NCBI GenBank assembly: GCA_038063915.1
Contig: JBBTUE010000001.1
Span: 23,619-87,618 of the forward strand
Direction: 5' to 3'
DNA from: Patescibacteria group bacterium
GTDB taxonomy: Bacteria > Patescibacteriota > Minisyncoccia > Phycocordibacterales > UBA9973
Length of the DNA: 64,000 bases
In this document: positions 1 to 8,032 of the stretch, piece by piece
Numbering within the stretch: the first letter of the stretch is position 1
How the letters are laid out: each line of letters opens with the position of its first letter
The notes under the pieces: generated by a model
Seen by the model: the letters and a program-made list of their open reading frames with translations, nothing else
Databases searched by the model: none
What the model was told of the DNA's origin: nothing
Position numbers and translations under genes: made by a program

Positions 1-504
1 AATATCGTTAGTAAGTGAACAAAGCTCAGACACACGAAGACCCGTAGAGAATAAAAGTTCAAGAATGGATCTATCGCGCAGAGATTTTATGTCATCACCC
101 GGAGAAGCTTTGAGAAGGCGAGTAAGCTCACTACTAGAAATAAGATCAAGGTGACGCTCGGGCACTTTGGCTAAATCTATTTCTTCCGCGGACATTGATT
201 TTATATTTTTGCGAGTTAAATACTTCAAGAAAACACGAAGAGCTATCATGTAGTAATTCTGTGTCTTTCTTGAAACAGTTTTGCCCGTGGCTCTGTTGTT
301 GCCCATAGACTGGCGATTGAGCCACAACCGAAACTCGCGCACCGACGTGCTATCTATATCTTCCGGATTTTTAGCCTTTGAAAACTCTAAAAATCGAGTA
401 ATATAGTGGTCGTAATTCTCCACCGTTTTCAAGCTTCGGCCTTTTTCAATTTCTATATGTTCTAAAAATTCTCTCTTTAATTGTTCTAATTTATTAGTAG
501 CCAT
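1..504 (-). CDS. XerC/XerD-family tyrosine site-specific recombinase, N-terminal part (gene continues beyond window start)
   Basis: Minus-strand translation from ATG (504-502) gives MATNKLEQLKREFLEHIEIEKGRSLKTVENYDHYITRFLEF...SILELLFSTGLRVSELCSLTNDI. This is the SAM-like N-domain and the LLxxTGLRxSEL box typical of XerC/XerD. The ORF is open at position 1 and is absent from the ORF track because it is truncated. Confidence 0.7.
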   Translation of the reverse strand, partial: MATNKLEQLKREFLEHIEIEKGRSLKTVENYDHYITRFLEFSKAKNPEDIDSTSVREFRLWLNRQSMGNNRATGKTVSRKTQNYYMIALRVFLKYLTRKNIKSMSAEEIDLAKVPERHLDLISSSELTRLLKASPGDDIKSLRDRSILELLFSTGLRVSELCSLTNDI

Positions 505-564
505 ATTTATGCCTACACACCCTTGGAGTGTCGCACAATAATTTTACCACATTTTGTAATAAAA

Positions 565-594
565 ATAGCTACTTTAGTTAACTAAAGTAGCTAT
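565..594. promoter_or_regulatory. 30-bp perfect palindrome ATAGCTACTTTAGTTAACTAAAGTAGCTAT (11-6-11 architecture); intrinsic terminator for the 601-1497 gene and/or operator upstream of the xer-like gene
   Basis: Perfect inverted repeat followed on the minus strand by TTTTATT. Contains the AACTAAAGTA half-site twice (inverted), the same half-site found in the yerC-like promoter (3348-3375). Confidence 0.5.
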
Positions 595-600
595 TAATCC

Positions 601-1497
601 TCAAATGGATATACTTTTCAAGAAATCTATATAACTTCCAGATTCAGGTTGGCCTATAACCTTTCGTTCTATATCAGAACAATTAATAGCCTTGCTTGAA
701 GATTTTTCTATTTCTTTAAACAAAATTATTGTTTGATTTATACAAAATCTTGAAAATGCTTTGCGGAAACTCTTAGGAATAGAAGCCCACTCCTCCGGTT
801 CACCAAATGGTAATATATAAGGCAACCCTATATTTTTACTACCAGTTAAAGAACGTCCAGAAAATGGAATTCCAAGATAGAAATCTCTTTCACAAACTTC
901 GTCAATAACTTCATTATAGACTTTTGAACAGTGAATTTCTATTTTAGGATTAACATATGGATTGAGAACGAGATTAATTCCATTTTGTATCCCTATCCCA
1001 GCACAAATAATCGGGACACGAATCCCAATACGAGAAAGTAGTTTAAACACTCTCATCATAAAAACACCGGAGAAAATTACATCGTCCACCAAACACACCT
1101 CTTTAATTCCATGTGACTTTAATTGGTTCAACTGCTTTAAGAGTGAATAACTTCCAAAGCGACTTTGTAATCCTTTATTCACGCCTTGCAAATCGATCTT
1201 TCTGGTAAGTTCAATTGAAAAATCACAAGGGAAGTATACTGGATCAAGCGACACACAAGGTAAGTTGCTACTTTCTGTAACCATTTGCATATGACCTAAA
1301 ATTTCTTCTTCTGAAATAAATTCAAAGTCAGGAAATATCTGAAACATGTAATTTGAGAATTCCTTTCTTAACTCATCAAAGAATTCTTTTGTGGGTAAGA
1401 TAAAGCTTTTTTGCTTTGCCCATTTCTTAAGCAATAGATAAATGTCTGCTGAAACAACGTATTTCATATTTATAATTTTTAAGATGAAAGATAACAA
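601..1497 (-). CDS. hypothetical protein with type-I phosphoribosyltransferase-like PRPP-binding motif
   Basis: 298-aa ORF. The internal motif VCLVDDVIFSGVFMM resembles the PRTase PRPP loop (VLLVDDVxTTGxT). The rest is not assignable by eye. Palindromic hairpin plus U-tract at its 3' end (565-594). Confidence 0.4.
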   Translation of the reverse strand: MLSFILKIINMKYVVSADIYLLLKKWAKQKSFILPTKEFFDELRKEFSNYMFQIFPDFEFISEEEILGHMQMVTESSNLPCVSLDPVYFPCDFSIELTRKIDLQGVNKGLQSRFGSYSLLKQLNQLKSHGIKEVCLVDDVIFSGVFMMRVFKLLSRIGIRVPIICAGIGIQNGINLVLNPYVNPKIEIHCSKVYNEVIDEVCERDFYLGIPFSGRSLTGSKNIGLPYILPFGEPEEWASIPKSFRKAFSRFCINQTIILFKEIEKSSSKAINCSDIERKVIGQPESGSYIDFLKSISI

Positions 1498-2219
1498 TTA
1501 ATTTTTTGTTTTGAGAGTTTTTCAACATTCACAAAGAGACAGCCATCTTTTGTGCGTTTATAAGCATAAGGAAGAATGGGTATGTACTCTGTTGTTTCCG
1601 CCTTTATTGGTTTAAAACTATCGATATTTCTATTAAGTATATGGGGGAGTTCGCTTACCTTACCAATAACTCTATAGATAATTTTCTTATAAGATTTTGT
1701 TTTTTGCATATTGATATTTTCTAAAAAAATACGCAAGGTTCTTTCGAGTTCGTATTTGGCCTTTGGTATATTATTTAGTCCATATTCAATTTCAAATCCC
1801 GCACCTTTGAACAATTTTACGGAAGGTCCAGTTTTACTTTGGAGTGATTCCCATATTACTGTTTTTGGAATAGGTAATAACTCAGCAAGTTTGAATGAGT
1901 TTACTCGATTGATCTCATTACATAAGATAATGAATGGCTCATGTTTTTGTTTTGGTACCCCATGAATATCAACCACATAATCATATGCTTGCATGTAGTT
2001 GAATATTTTTAGAGCCCGTTTTTCTTCATAGGTACCACATTTTTTGCCCGGGAATACACGATTTAGATCAGATTCAATAAATCGAACGTTAGTCTTTATA
2101 GCTTTCGGATTACCAATAATATAGTCAAAGGATTTAAATTCTTTCCTTAACTTCTTAATCACAGAAATAGAATAATGTTCATTTCCGTGTGTGCCAACAA
2201 TGAATAGTAGTTTTTTCAT
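1479..2219 (-). CDS. AstE/AspA-family zinc hydrolase (succinylglutamate desuccinylase/aspartoacylase-like deacylase)
   Basis: N-terminal IVGTHGNEH (HxxE zinc ligands) and downstream DIHG motif characteristic of the AstE_AspA family. Overlaps the downstream gene by 19 nt, which suggests an operon. Confidence 0.5.
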   Translation of the reverse strand: MKKLLFIVGTHGNEHYSISVIKKLRKEFKSFDYIIGNPKAIKTNVRFIESDLNRVFPGKKCGTYEEKRALKIFNYMQAYDYVVDIHGVPKQKHEPFIILCNEINRVNSFKLAELLPIPKTVIWESLQSKTGPSVKLFKGAGFEIEYGLNNIPKAKYELERTLRIFLENINMQKTKSYKKIIYRVIGKVSELPHILNRNIDSFKPIKAETTEYIPILPYAYKRTKDGCLFVNVEKLSKQKINCYLSS

Positions 2220-2261
2220 TTTATTTGTTTTTAGTTATTAAATTTTCAAAGAACAATCTCT

Positions 2262-2292
2262 TCCTAAAAGAAAAACCTCTTCTGGGAAGAGG
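2262..2292 (-). terminator. Rho-independent terminator after the LOG-family gene
   Basis: CCTCTTC-TGG-GAAGAGG stem-loop followed by a U-tract on the minus strand. Confidence 0.5.
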
Positions 2293-2380
2293 TTGAGTGT
2301 AGAAAATTAAGTACTTTCAACAACCAGTCTCTTCTAAGAAAAGATGGGTGTGGTGAGCGGTATTTTTAATGTAATATCTT

Positions 2381-2920
2381 TTATTCATTATTCTTCTTAA
2401 TTAAAATGAGTATTTTTTCAACTGCCTCCTCTGGATTATCAACTCCTTCAATTTTTATTCTTTTCCTTTCGTCTAAGTACTGACCAGACAATTTATCACT
2501 CCACCCACCAGTATTTTTCATAGCAATAATTGGAATATTAGCTTGATAAGCAATTGCAATCTCAGTAAGTGTTCCAGAGCCTCCGCCAATTGTAATAATT
2601 CCGTCACAACTCAATATAAGAGCTGTTTCTCTACCACCACCCCTCTCGAGTCCTGTTGAAATAACAACATCCACATTTTCTTTCTCAAATATATCAAGCC
2701 CACGATTATATGTTAGACCCACAGTCAAACCACCTGCCTTTTTTGCTCCTCGGCAAGCTGCAGTAGAAAGTGAATCGTAATCTTTTTCCGCACCAAAAAT
2801 AAGAGTTGCACCATTTTTAGCAACTAGATAACCGATCTGTTCAGCTAGATTTTCTAATTTTTTTGAATAATTTAAGTCAGCTGCCGACCCCATAACGCCA
2901 ATTTGTATTTTTCTTTTCAT
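2381..2920 (-). CDS. TIGR00725/LOG-family Rossmann-fold nucleotide-binding protein (lysine-decarboxylase-like / nucleotide N-glycosidase family)
   Basis: 179 aa. GVMGSA N-terminus and ITIGGGSGTLTEIA (GGGxGT) motif of LOG/TIGR00725 proteins. Hairpin plus U-tract terminator downstream at 2262-2292. Confidence 0.55.
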   Translation of the reverse strand: MKRKIQIGVMGSAADLNYSKKLENLAEQIGYLVAKNGATLIFGAEKDYDSLSTAACRGAKKAGGLTVGLTYNRGLDIFEKENVDVVISTGLERGGGRETALILSCDGIITIGGGSGTLTEIAIAYQANIPIIAMKNTGGWSDKLSGQYLDERKRIKIEGVDNPEEAVEKILILIKKNNE

Positions 2921-2940
2921 AAACTTTGATACTAAATAAT

Positions 2941-2973
2941 AAAATTCCCTTCCTAAGAAAACTTAAGAAGGGG
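2941..2973 (-). terminator. Rho-independent terminator after the yerC-like gene
   Basis: 11-bp stem CCCTTCCTAAG/CTTAAGAAGGG (one mismatch), AAAA loop, U-rich tail on the minus strand. Confidence 0.5.
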
Positions 2974-2993
2974 TTGGTTTCGAAGTGTAGAGT

Positions 2994-3332
2994 TTAATTA
3001 CGCGTCAAAGACAATCCTTTCCCAAGTTTGGTAGGATTGTGATGATGATTTGATATACGAGAGAGGATAAGGCGATAGCCACCGAGCGAACCTTTGAGCC
3101 ATTTGGAGATGCGAGCAATGGTAGTAGAGGATAGGCCAGTTAGCTCTATAATCGAAGCATATTGAGTATCGCGGGAGAGTAGGCGAGCAGCTTCAAGGCG
3201 TTTGCCAAATTCTTCGATTTCGCCTGAAGTCATAAGATCGCGGAGAAAACGCTTGGCTTCATCTTTTGATTCCAAGGCTAAAATAGCATTTAAAAACTGA
3301 TTATTCTCTTTTTTACTCCAACTGGCTTCCAT
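2994..3332 (-). CDS. YerC/YecD-type Trp-repressor-like DNA-binding protein
   Basis: FLRDLMTSGEIEEFGKRLEAARLLSRDTQYASIIELTGLSSTTIARISKWLKGSLGGYRLILSR matches the YerC/YecD (TrpR-like, PF01371) pattern. Promoter with a palindromic operator lies immediately upstream (3339-3367). Confidence 0.6.
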   Translation of the reverse strand: MEASWSKKENNQFLNAILALESKDEAKRFLRDLMTSGEIEEFGKRLEAARLLSRDTQYASIIELTGLSSTTIARISKWLKGSLGGYRLILSRISNHHHNPTKLGKGLSLTRN

Positions 3333-3338
3333 ATATCC

Positions 3339-3367
3339 ACTTTATCGAACTAAAGTACTTTAGTCAA
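3339..3367 (-). promoter_or_regulatory. sigma70-like promoter of the yerC-like gene (-35 TTGACT, 17-nt spacer, -10 TAAAGT) with embedded 16-bp perfect palindrome ACTAAAGTACTTTAGT (3349-3364)
   Basis: Read on the minus strand: TTGACT-AAAGTACTTTAGTTCGA-TAAAGT, then 6 nt, then ATG (3332). The palindrome occupies the -35/spacer region, and a third AACTAAAGTA copy sits at 3366-3375. Flanked by inverted TATCCAC (3335-3341) / GTGGATA (3377-3383). Confidence 0.5.
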
Positions 3368-3417
3368 CTAAAGTATGTGGATAACTAATCTACATCAAAT
3401 AGGAAATGGGGCTGGGC

Positions 3418-3446
3418 TTGCAATTTTTTGTAAAATGTGCTAGTAT
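3418..3446 (+). promoter_or_regulatory. rpsO promoter (-35 TTGCAA, 17-nt spacer, extended -10 TGcTAGTAT)
   Basis: -10 ends 8 nt before ATG 3455 with no convincing SD. Confidence 0.4.
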
Positions 3447-3454
3447 ATAAGGGT

Positions 3455-3715
3455 ATGTTAACAACAAAGAAAAAGCAGAATATTATAAAGAAAAGCCAAA
3501 TTCACGATAAAGATACTGGCTCACCCGAAGTGCAGATAGCAATTCTAAGTAAAAAGATAGATGAGCTTGCCGTCCACCTAAAGGAACACAAAAAAGATAA
3601 CCACTCCCGCAGAGGTCTAATCAAGATGGTCGCAGATCGCCGAAAACATCTAAAACATCTAGAGAAGACAGACAAGACACGATTTGCAACTCAAACTAAA
3701 CTATTAAAAGCCTAA
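3455..3715 (+). CDS. rpsO: 30S ribosomal protein S15
   Basis: TGSPEVQIAILSKKIDELAVHLKEHKKDNHSRRGLIKMVADRRKHLKHL is the classic S15 signature. The track ORF starts at GTG 3437; the ATG at 3455 (MLTTKKK) fits S15 N-termini better. Terminator at 3721-3757. Confidence 0.9.
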   Translation: MLTTKKKQNIIKKSQIHDKDTGSPEVQIAILSKKIDELAVHLKEHKKDNHSRRGLIKMVADRRKHLKHLEKTDKTRFATQTKLLKA

Positions 3716-3720
3716 GCATC

Positions 3721-3757
3721 GTGTCCTCCGACCCCTGTCGGAGGACACTTTGTTTTG
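3721..3757 (+). terminator. Rho-independent terminator after rpsO
   Basis: GTGTCCTCCGAC-CCCT-GTCGGAGGACAC perfect 12-bp stem, followed by TTTGTTTTG. Confidence 0.8.
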
Positions 3758-3770
3758 ATACAATATATAC

Positions 3771-4277
3771 ATGAGCATAATTAAACACAAAGAACAGAGG
3801 GTCGGGGTATTTATAGATACTTCAAACCTTTACCATAGCGCTAAAAATTTATACAAACGAAAAGTAAACTTTGGGGCAGTACTAAAAGATGCTGTCGCAG
3901 GACGCAAACTCGTACGTGCAACAGCATACGTAATCACATCAGAAGGTGGAGAAGAAAAAAACTTTTTCGAAGCTCTGACTAAACTCGGCATTGAAACAAA
4001 GACAAAAGAACTCCAAATATTCTCTGGCGGAGCTAAAAAGGGCGACTGGGATGTAGGTATCGCAGTTGACGCAATGAAAATGGCTCCAAAGCTCGACGCA
4101 GTAGTGCTCGTCGCTGGCGACGGTGACTTTGTACCACTGGTAGAATATTTACAGAGTACTTCTGGTATTCAAGTCGAAGTAGTATCTTTTGGTAAGTCCT
4201 CCTCTATGAAATTAAAAGAAGTCGCCGACGACTTCCTCGACCTCTCCGAAAATCCAAGAAAATACCTAATATATTAA
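3771..4277 (+). CDS. NYN-domain (LabA/PIN-like) putative RNA nuclease
   Basis: RVGVFIDTSNLYHS...DVGIAVDAMKMA...VVLVAGDGDFVPLVEYLQ...QVEVVSFG is the NYN/LabA-like domain pattern. Confidence 0.6.
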   Translation: MSIIKHKEQRVGVFIDTSNLYHSAKNLYKRKVNFGAVLKDAVAGRKLVRATAYVITSEGGEEKNFFEALTKLGIETKTKELQIFSGGAKKGDWDVGIAVDAMKMAPKLDAVVLVAGDGDFVPLVEYLQSTSGIQVEVVSFGKSSSMKLKEVADDFLDLSENPRKYLIY

Positions 4278-4281
4278 TAAG

Positions 4282-4310
4282 AAAAAAGAACATCCGGAGA
4301 TGTTCTTTTT
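4282..4310. terminator. bidirectional hairpin terminator between convergent NYN gene and 4331-4768 gene
   Basis: AAAAAAGAACATC-CGGA-GATGTTCTTTTTT: 8-bp stem flanked by A-run and T-run. Confidence 0.65.
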
Positions 4311-4330
4311 TAAATTCAGCGGTGAATAAT

Positions 4331-4768
4331 TTAGTGTAATAATTTATCCTCACTACCATCATTCCCATCATCTATAGGACTTACATTGTGCTCTACGCCG
4401 AAATCAATTGAGACTTTTACTAAATAGCCATCACTTCTTACATAGTGATCAGTGCGCTTACCATGGCCAAGCTCGGTATAGATGTGAGGACCTTTACTGC
4501 CTGGCTTATGCGTTCTTGAGTGATTGTAACTGAAAGTAGTCTTGTTCACTTCAGTAATTGCACACTCAATGTAGGTAAGTGGTTTACCTTTACCACTAAA
4601 ATATGTAAGTATCGCAGCATGTTTTTTCCCGACGCATTTTTTCAACAAGTGCTGCATCTTTAAAAGAACTTTAAGGTATGGACCACAGAATCTTAACGCA
4701 CATACCTGCTCTATAGGGAGTGACCCGAATCCAATAAATGATACATTATTTGCGGTTATAGTTTTCAT
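4331..4768 (-). CDS. hypothetical protein
   Basis: 145-aa ORF with no motif recognisable by eye (Cys/His-containing: CALRFCGPY, HYVRSDGY). A bidirectional hairpin terminator (4282-4310) lies between its 3' end and the NYN gene. Confidence 0.35.
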   Translation of the reverse strand: MKTITANNVSFIGFGSLPIEQVCALRFCGPYLKVLLKMQHLLKKCVGKKHAAILTYFSGKGKPLTYIECAITEVNKTTFSYNHSRTHKPGSKGPHIYTELGHGKRTDHYVRSDGYLVKVSIDFGVEHNVSPIDDGNDGSEDKLLH

Positions 4769-4973
4769 GCTAAAAGATTTAAAAGGTTTGTTTTTTCTTC
4801 ACTTTATACCTTAATTTAAAGTAAGTCAAAGTGTTAATTAGACCCTTTATAAAATAGTGTCTTTCTGCTATGCTATCGGTATTAGTAGATAATAATAGTT
4901 ATTCTCCAGACGGATAGAGTTGAAACCAATACAGAGTTTCAAAACTAGGGTCTGGAGGGGAGCTCATATATAT

Positions 4974-7103
4974 ATGCATAGGAAAGAATACGAGGTAGAA
5001 ATCGGTGGTAAGAAGATTACTGCTATTTTCAGTGATTTAGCAGAGCAAGCTAATGGCTCAGTCATGCTCGAGTGCGAGGGTACAGTAATTATGGCTACGG
5101 CTGTAATATCGAAAAGCGGAGAGAATAACCCGGGATTTTTTAACTTAACAGTTGAATACTTAGAGAAGTTCTACGCTTCCGGCAAGATTCTTGGCAGTCA
5201 ATTCATGCGCCGAGAGGGTAGACCATCGGACCAAGCCATACTCGCAGCTCGAATGACAGACCGTACTATCCGCCCACTTTTCGACCACCACATAAAAAAT
5301 GCAGTCCAAGTCATTATCACAGTCATTGCAATCGGCGGTGCTGACCCAAAAACTCTAGCAATCAACGCCGCATCTATAGTGCTTTATATATCAGATATCC
5401 CATGGAAAGGTCCTATTGGAGCAGTACATATAAGCAAAGCCCGTGGCGACTCTACATTAAAAGTAAATAATTATATTCCAAACTCTGATGAGGCAGTATA
5501 TGATCTTGATCTACTAGTATGTGGTAAAGAACAAACTATAAATATGATCGAGTCTATGGCATTTGAACTTGGTGAAGAAGAAATGGGTAAATGTTTTGAC
5601 ACTGCAATGGTTGAAATTACAAAGTGGGAAGAATTTCAAAAGAAACTAAAGAAAGAACTTGGTAAAGAAAAACTTCTATTTCCTAAATTAGAAACACCGA
5701 GTGAGGTAATAGAACTTTTTAACGAAAAGGTGAAACCTATCTTAGATAAAGGATTATTCAGTAAAGACAGCAAGAAAATTACTGCTGAGGCAGAAGTAGT
5801 TTGGAAAAATACTATTGATGAGAAATATGAGAAGGACGATATCCAATCAAAATATGTTGCCCATGACTATATGCATCATTATCTAGATCATGCATTTCAC
5901 AACGAAGCTATTCTAAATAACGCGCGCGCAGATGGTAGAGCTCTAGATGAAGTGCGTGGACTCTATGCGAAAGCTGGAGGAATATCTCCCTCCCTTCATG
6001 GTTCGGGAATATTTTATCGTGGTGAGACTCACGTCCTATCTGTACTTACCCTTGCAGGACCAGAGAGTATGCATACGATTGATGGCATAGAATTTTCTGC
6101 AAAGAAAAGATTCATGCATCATTATAATTTCCCTCCATATTCAAGTGGTGAGACTGGCCGTGTCGGTGCTACGAGTCGTAGAGAAATGGGCCACGGCTTC
6201 CTCGTTGAGAAAGCTCTGACTCCCGTCATGCCTGACAAAATCTTATTCCCATATACAGTACGTGTTGTATCCGAATCTGTAGCTTCAAACGGATCGACAT
6301 CCCAAGCATCAATTTGCGCTACAACTATTACCTTAATGGATGGAGGAGTGCCTATCAAGGCGCCGGTAGCTGGTATATCAATAGGTGCAATGATAGATGA
6401 AAAAGATAAAAATAAATACGTACTCCTCACTGACATCCAAGGGCCAGAAGATCACTACGGCGATATGGATTTCAAAGTAGCCGGAACTTCAGATGGTATC
6501 ACAGCCATACAGCTTGATGTAAAAGTAGATGGAATCCCAGCTTCTATTTTAAAAGAAGCTCTAACTCGTGCTAAAGTAGCAAGACTAAAAATCTTAGAAA
6601 CTATTAAAACAGAAATAGCTACACCACGCCCAAATATCTCACCAAACGCTCCGATGATACTCACTGTCAAAATCAAGAAAGATCAAATCGGTATGATTAT
6701 CGGCCCAGGAGGTAAGAATGTAAACGCAATTCGTGAAGAGACAGGAGCCGAAATTACAATTGAAGAAGACGGTACCGTATTTATCACTGGAAAAAATGGC
6801 GGAGCAGAGAAGGCCAAGAAAATTATTGAAGATATGACCCACGAGTACACAGTTGGTGACCTTGCCTCAGGTGAAGTAGTAAAGCTTATGGACTTCGGTG
6901 CATTCGTTAAAATAGCGACTGGCACAGAAGGGCTAGTGCACGTATCTGAAATTGCCCCATTCCGTGTAGAAAAAGTTTCTGATATTCTTAAGGAAGGCGA
7001 CAAGGTTCCAGTGAAGATAATAAAAGTAGATGAGAAGGGACGTTTGAATTTATCCATCAAAGAAGCTGACCCTAACTTCTTTAAACCAAATGGAGGAAAA
7101 TAA
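4974..7103 (+). CDS. pnp: polynucleotide phosphorylase (PNPase)
   Basis: Two RNase-PH-like domains, KH (IGMIIGPGGKNVNAIREETGAEI) and S1 (YTVGDLASGEVVKLMDFGAFVKI) domains. The track ORF starts at TTG 4920; the ATG at 4974 (MHRKEYEVEIGGKKI) aligns with PNPase N-termini. GGAGGGG lies upstream. Confidence 0.9.
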   Translation: MHRKEYEVEIGGKKITAIFSDLAEQANGSVMLECEGTVIMATAVISKSGENNPGFFNLTVEYLEKFYASGKILGSQFMRREGRPSDQAILAARMTDRTIRPLFDHHIKNAVQVIITVIAIGGADPKTLAINAASIVLYISDIPWKGPIGAVHISKARGDSTLKVNNYIPNSDEAVYDLDLLVCGKEQTINMIESMAFELGEEEMGKCFDTAMVEITKWEEFQKKLKKELGKEKLLFPKLETPSEVIELFNEKVKPILDKGLFSKDSKKITAEAEVVWKNTIDEKYEKDDIQSKYVAHDYMHHYLDHAFHNEAILNNARADGRALDEVRGLYAKAGGISPSLHGSGIFYRGETHVLSVLTLAGPESMHTIDGIEFSAKKRFMHHYNFPPYSSGETGRVGATSRREMGHGFLVEKALTPVMPDKILFPYTVRVVSESVASNGSTSQASICATTITLMDGGVPIKAPVAGISIGAMIDEKDKNKYVLLTDIQGPEDHYGDMDFKVAGTSDGITAIQLDVKVDGIPASILKEALTRAKVARLKILETIKTEIATPRPNISPNAPMILTVKIKKDQIGMIIGPGGKNVNAIREETGAEITIEEDGTVFITGKNGGAEKAKKIIEDMTHEYTVGDLASGEVVKLMDFGAFVKIATGTEGLVHVSEIAPFRVEKVSDILKEGDKVPVKIIKVDEKGRLNLSIKEADPNFFKPNGGK

Positions 7104-7995
7104 AAAACCTGAAAACTTAAATAACGAAGTAAAAACAATCCATACCTACACTACGGATATGGCTGAAGCTGTACGTGACAATGAGACATCTATCATAAAG
7201 ATAGCCCTGGCCGAAAAAGATAAGAGGGAGAGGGAAGAGGTCTATCAAGTAGCAAAAGGTACTCCGCTATCTAAAACCCTACTTCTCTTGGGAGGGTTAG
7301 TATTTACTGCGGTTGCAGTAATAACTTCCTATCTTATTATCAAAAAAAATAAAGAGAGTAACATTGTCCCACAAGCTGTGGTAGAAATCGTAGCTCCGAT
7401 ATCATACGACGACAAAGTATTTATAGATGTCACAGAAATATCTAGCCAAGTAGAGTTAGCGACTGCTATTAACAAGGAGGTGTCTAACCCAAACAAAGTA
7501 AGATCGATAAAATCAATATTCTTAAAAGAGATAGTAGGTGGGGTGCCCAAGCTAACAACTCTCAGTGAATTTCTCTCATTAATGAAAGTAAGTGCTCCGC
7601 AAGCTCTGACGAGGAATCTAGACGAGTCGTACATGATAGGAGTTTATACCCCTTTACCTGAGAATTCGGACAGGAATCATTTATTCCTAATACTAAAAAT
7701 CAGAGATTATAACCAAGCATATGCGTCGATGCTTACTTGGGAGAAGACAATACTCTCTGATATGTTTGCATTATTTGATATAAACGTAAGTGGTGAGAAG
7801 AGTGAACTTTTTGAAAAACCATGGGCTGATATAGTAATAAATAATAAGGACGCGCGAATCCTATACGATAAGACAGGTGAAGATATTTTGTACTATATAT
7901 TCCCAGATAAAAACACACTAATAATCACTGATAATCAGGATGCAATTAGAGAGATAGTTACTAGACTAATAGCTCGCACGACCAAGCCATTATAA
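7090..7995 (+). CDS. hypothetical membrane-anchored protein
   Basis: 301-aa ORF with one predicted TM segment (LLLLGGLVFTAVAVITSYLII). Overlaps the pnp stop by 14 nt. Confidence 0.4.
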   Translation: MEENKKPENLNNEVKTIHTYTTDMAEAVRDNETSIIKIALAEKDKREREEVYQVAKGTPLSKTLLLLGGLVFTAVAVITSYLIIKKNKESNIVPQAVVEIVAPISYDDKVFIDVTEISSQVELATAINKEVSNPNKVRSIKSIFLKEIVGGVPKLTTLSEFLSLMKVSAPQALTRNLDESYMIGVYTPLPENSDRNHLFLILKIRDYNQAYASMLTWEKTILSDMFALFDINVSGEKSELFEKPWADIVINNKDARILYDKTGEDILYYIFPDKNTLIITDNQDAIREIVTRLIARTTKPL

Positions 7996-8032
7996 GATTG
8001 CCAATTACTCCCCATATTGTTAGTATTATAGG

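Noticed and set aside
1-504. Tyrosine recombinase at the window edge as a marker of a prophage or integrative element
   Set aside because: The N-domain and LLxxTGLRxSEL box look like housekeeping XerC/XerD. No phage genes, att-like direct repeats or tRNA lie next to it within the window. It is retained only as part of the motif-bracketed cassette hypothesis.
3376-3384. Perfect DnaA boxes TGTGGATAA (also at 58157-58165)
   Set aside because: These are isolated single 9-mers far from dnaA. Roughly one chance occurrence is expected in 64 kb of AT-rich DNA. The one at 3376 is better explained as part of the inverted repeat flanking the yerC-like operator.
6122-7138. Four antisense ORFs (104, 73, 67, 151 aa) inside pnp
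   Set aside because: They are entirely contained within the well-supported PNPase coding region on the opposite strand, and the proteins are low-complexity. They are spurious.
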